A stretch of DNA of 58,601 bases, the filler included, from Dugesia japonica (taxonomy: Eukaryota): NCBI GenBank assembly GCA_001938525.1. It is 5 parts of 5 records of this genome, joined end to end, with 100 filler letters (N's around TTAATTAATTAA, not from the genome) between each part and the next. Parts side by side here need not be neighbours in the genome. Positions count along the whole stretch, not along the records: positions 49,082 to 58,601 come from MQRL01576775.1; 4 more parts are not named here. The stretch is one strand, 5' to 3'. The translations under genes and the position numbers were made by a program. Below are positions 54,000 through 58,601 of this stretch, piece after piece. Positions within the stretch are counted from its first letter, which is position 1. Each line of letters opens with the position of its first letter. Below the pieces are notes generated by a model that did not search any database, had not been told where the DNA came from, and saw nothing but the letters and a program-made list of their open reading frames with translations.

Positions 54000-54420
54000 T
54001 AAAATTATCAGGTGTGATCTAATTGTTTCATTTTTTTTGTTGTAAAACCAGTTATAAAAATTACTCGGGACCATTACTTGTCTTTTAGAAATAATTTTTT
54101 TAATAATTATTATTTTAATCCATTTCTATACGTTAAAATTCTTCATAATTATTCATTTCCTTATATCTACGATCTTAAGAAATTTAAAGTTTTCCATATT
54201 TCCCTCCAATCGCTGTCCATTTTCTATTTCAACAGCATTACGTATTTCGTAAATTTCTCAATTATTCGACAAGAATCTTCAAATTTGTAATAGTTTTTAT
54301 TTCTAACTTGATGAGGACATAATCTCTTACTTTGAATTCTCTATTAGTAGTTACTTCTGAAATGTTTTCTTAAGTTTTTTATTTCACAAATTTCTCAGTT
54401 ATTTTTTTCGATTTCAAATT
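54000..54420 (-). mobile_element. Ty3/gypsy 3' fragment (integrase C-terminus plus LTR start), same family as 25330-28934
   Basis: The reverse complement aligns by eye to 28480-28670 (cgaataattgagaaa..aatggaNagcgattggag..aaaact..tagaaatggattaaaataa). Confidence 0.7.
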
Positions 54421-56959
54421 AGTGTTGCACTCTTCTGCCCTTTGTCCACCATTAACTGATCTGCCAATGAGTCGGTGTTTACCGCTGTCATCATGTTAGA
54501 TAATTTGTCCAAAAATTATTTGTTTTCAATATTAGAACTAATAATTGGATACGTATTTTTATTCAAAATAATCAAAAATAAACATTTAATAAAACAAATT
54601 CCTATAATTAACATATTATAAATATACAAAAGCATTTCAATAAAAAAATGCAATAAATGTCGTACTTTTTTTCTTAACACTTGTTAATTATTACAAGAAA
54701 TACCTTTTTGTGGCTTTAAAAAGCACATATTTTAAAGAGTCGTTTACTGCTGAAGTTACCACAACTAAAACGGGCTGTTAATTGTTTAAAACTTTCTACT
54801 TTTTCACATAAGATTCTGAGGATTTGTATTTAAGAATATTTTTAATTTATATGATTTGCTTTTACATATTGTTTTTTGATTTTGTAGATATTTTATAAAA
54901 GTTTAAAACAGAACGGTTGTTTAAATATTGAGAATTGTGTTGGGCAGTTTTAAAAATTCAAATTATAAAAATTTTAATATTCAAATTCAAGAGTTTTTAT
55001 AAAAAGAAAGAGAAGATCAGTTTTATTTATTATGAATAAACTTTTGTAAATTAATTCTTTGCCTTTTTCATTCACCTTCAGAATTAAATATTTTATTTTC
55101 ACTGCTATATTTGCATTCACAAAGTCACTAAAAATAGTTAAAAATAGTTATACATGATTTTGAACAAGAAAACATTAAAAGTTACCTGTGAATATAGATT
55201 TATAAAAAAGAATTCGAGCTTATGTTCATTTGTACTCATATTTAGAAAATTATAATTCCAAATTACAACTTTCTTATGCAAACAAACGGGAAAATATGAG
55301 TAAAATCAATCTACTCAAGCTTTGTTGCACAATTAAGAATTACATAAAAGTTGAAAACTTCTGTCTTTCATAGTTTTTGTTTTTAAGTAAAAAGTTTGAA
55401 ATAACCAAGAAATGTTATTTCATCTATATTAAAAGTTATTTTTCATATAAATAATATGGTTGGAGCGATTCCATTTGGCTTTTGGGATTTCTGGAAATCA
55501 AGATATTCATTACATACTCTTTCTTTTACGGAAATGCAATTTATGGTGATGCTATTTGCACGCATAAATTTTAATACGTCTTGCATATTTACTATATAGC
55601 ACTTGTACGGGTAAACATGCGTTATCAATTCAAATATATCAATATAATTTGATATTATAACTCATTTTGAATCTTATTTATGAATTTAAAAATAAAATAT
55701 AAACGAATTTTTGCAATTTTTTACAAATATGTCAAAATTATATCAAAATAAAAGCTCCAACCAATTTTTGATGAGGTACAAATTAGACTTTAACTTTCTT
55801 TCCATTTTTTAACAAAGATTTGTTTAATCCAGTTTGTTTATATTTGGAAAAATTTGATTTTTTTTAGTGATTTTCATCAATAATGAATCACCAAGTAACC
55901 CGTTTGCTGATTTTAAATGACACATTTGAGTTCTGCAAAAATTATTTTGTTTTTTCAATATTTGTAAATACACCTGATTACCTTTTACAGTGTTACGACA
56001 AGACTACTTATATCGTTATAACTTATAAGGAACAAAAATCTTAGCCTCGCATTGCCGTCTTGAACTGTCTTTATCTCTCAACAGACGGACATCCACAGTT
56101 GTCACTTGTACACACATCGTCAACGCTCGACCTTGACCGCCCCACGAGAAAACTCTTTGAGCTATTTAAAAAATAGCTAAAAAGAAGATTTTATAAAAAT
56201 ATCAAAAATGTTTTTTATTAATGTGTATTTGTAAATACCCAGTTATCCGAATAGTATTCTTAATAATCATAATTTTTACTTTATCACGCCGCTAAAAAAG
56301 GTTGCCGACTCAAGTTGTAGAGTATATTTATATTTTGCTATCATGTAAGTTTCATTTGTGACTGTTGTGAAACAATATGTTTGGCTACATGAAGTGTTAC
56401 GTGCAATAAAAATCGAGGAACGGATAGCATGATTGAAATGGGTATGATGTTATAAGGGATTTGTGTAAATAGGAAGATTAATTGGGAAAAAATAAAACGT
56501 TGAAATTGCTATAGAGTTAAATATGTTATTACGGAATGCTAGTAAAAAATGAATAATGGATTAGTTAAGTAAACTACATTTAAATGCATATCGGATAACA
56601 ACATATTCCGTTTAAGAGCATAGCTTACATCAAGTCCCAAATTATTAACAGAATTTCAACTGATTTTTACTTTATGATAAGAAAATATTCCGATTAAGTG
56701 CATATTTCTTTATAATAATTGGCACTACAAAAGAAAATTTGTATCAGATGTGTACATGAATAAAAAATTTAAATTTTTAATTCGAAAAATCTATTACGTT
56801 TTATAGTATTAGATTTATGCTATAAATTTTAATTTTAAATTTTTTAACCTAGTAAAAATATAAAAACCGTTCTGAATATCTAACTTTTGTTGGAATAAAA
56901 CTATTTGCACAGAATTTTAAAGAATATCTTGGGTTAAAATGACTTAAAAACGTAAATGT

Positions 56960-57860
56960 AAAACTTTAACGATACACGATCGCAGTGATGTTCTTAAAAG
57001 ACTAGAAAATAATTCCAAGTCAAATTATTTTGGCAAAAGAATTTGGTGTTAATCTAAATATCATTTTTAAGAGTTTCAAAAAGAAAAATAATTTGATAAA
57101 TGGCAAATGAATCTAAACCACGAGAGAAAACGTAAAAGAGTTGGAAAAGATTAAGAAATTTAAAATTCAGTACGTTGAAAAGCNATATGAAGATANTTTT
57201 TCGGATTGTTGAGATGTTGATGTGTTGCCTGGAATTTTTTAAGATTATCATCCTAAGGATAATTTCAATGCTGAGGAAACTGGGTTGTACTGGCGAGTTA
57301 TTCCTGAAAGTGTATTGTCTTTAAAGGTGGAACAAGCAAGCAGCTGCAAAGTTACAACATAAAAGAGCGATAGCAAATGCAAAAAACTTCACATTTCACA
57401 ATTCTCTGCATATNNNNNNNNNNNNNNNNNNNNNNNNNNNNNNNNNNNNNNNNNNNNNNNTGCCGGTTTCAAATTAATTATGAAAATGAAGATACTTCAA
57501 ATGCTTTTGATATTGAGTTTAATGAAGATGGTGGTATACCAATTCCTCGAAATTTAATTAAAAAAATCCATTTCTAGCCATTGATAACAATTTGCAAACT
57601 TTCAAAGATATTGTAAGGATAATTTTGTTGCTAAATATAATGTTGAATAGAGGAGATAAAAGAAAAATTCAATCACGAAGTTGATAATATTTCACCAACA
57701 ACCGCTGTAACATTTTCTGCTGCACTCGAAGCTCCTAACACGTTACGTGAATACTCGGAAAACATTATTGTGATTCAAATCAAAATTTTATTAGTTGGAA
57801 AATCAAATTTTTGTTATTGAAGAAAAAAAGTCGTTCAAAAAACATTACGATATTACTTTT
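56960..57860 (+). mobile_element. Tigger/pogo transposase remnant
   Basis: DYHPKDNFNAEETGLYWRVIPES (compare Y...DIFNADETGLFWR.LP); N-terminal ERKRKR-like region; C-terminal QKTLRYYF. Confidence 0.7.
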
Positions 57861-58018
57861 AAAAAGTTTTAAAAGTTTTAATAAATAAACAAGTATTTTG
57901 ATAAATCCAAAAATACTTGTTCTGCAAGTATTTTCAAAATTCATTTCGGATATTTGCATTTTTTGATTGGTTAAGTTTTTTAAAATTTTTCTTAAAAATC
58001 CTAGCTTTGACAGTAATA

Positions 58019-58601
58019 CAGGGGGTCCCAATTATCTATCGACAACTTTGGTAGGTCTTAGAAATCATAATATTTGCTAAAATATGACCAAATGTTTGCA
58101 GTAGCAAGAAGAAACAATTAAGTTTTAATTGCTTATTTTCCATATCAACAGCATAAGTATTTTAGGACTTATAAATCTCCACATGATCTCCACCATTTTT
58201 TGAAACTTGAAACAATCGGTAGCGATATTCCAGAATACTTTTCTCTGTAATTTCTGCTGTATTATTACTGAAGGCCTCAATTATTGGATCCTTCAGACTT
58301 TCTATATCTGCTGGCCTGCTGTTGTAAACTTTGGATTTAATATATCCCAAAACAAAGAAATTAAGTGGTGTTAAATCCGAGGATAACGGTGGCCAAGACA
58401 TGTTTGGAGAATCTCTGCCAATCCAACTATTCGGGAATTTTTTAATAAGTCATTTATGCACTACTTTCCCCCAATGCTACGAGCTTCCAGATAAGTATAA
58501 AATTTGATTTTAAGCATTTCTAAATACCGAACACTGCCAATAGTTTCTTCGAAGAAAAATAGTCCAATGACCGCAGATTGTCAGAAATATTTCGATTGCA
58601 T
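58019..58601 (-). mobile_element. Tc1/mariner transposon 3' part (runs off the window)
   Basis: FPNSWIGR..SWPPLSSDLTPLNFFVLGYIKSKVY (compare WPPRSPDLTPLDFFLWG); TA + CAGGGGGTCCC TIR at 58017-58030. Confidence 0.85.

Noticed and set aside
54680-56160. Possible further hAT-like transposase remnant
   Set aside because: The motifs are too degraded to support a call
1-58601. CRISPR arrays, tRNA/rRNA genes and prokaryotic operons
   Set aside because: No repeat-spacer arrays or recognisable structural RNA genes; the sequence is eukaryotic in character

Overview
Very AT-rich eukaryotic genomic DNA with (ATT)n microsatellites, about 60-nt GT-AG introns and dense decayed transposons. A planarian/flatworm-like draft assembly is my inference. 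Four artificial 100-bp spacers (44N-TTAATTAATTAA-44N) split the window into five pieces whose adjacency is not guaranteed. Host genes: one intact single-exon LRR-Ig-TM receptor (37996-39516 +), a probable secreted protein (10952-11728 -) and two spliced minus-strand gene fragments. Mobile DNA: Polinton/Maverick relics (capsid, pPolB, termini, core protein), several Ty3/gypsy fragments, Penelope, hAT, pogo/Tigger, mariner and MITEs. The standout is a decayed ~8-kb minus-strand retroelement (~28935-36895). It appears to have encoded a long polyprotein: unknown domains, a SUMO/ubiquitin-like domain, a chuvirus-like (class III) glycoprotein behind an internal signal peptide, TWO tandem DTG aspartic proteases and the start of a gypsy RT. 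After a large pol deletion comes a second type-I membrane protein. All family calls come from manual translation and motif recognition; no database searches were run.
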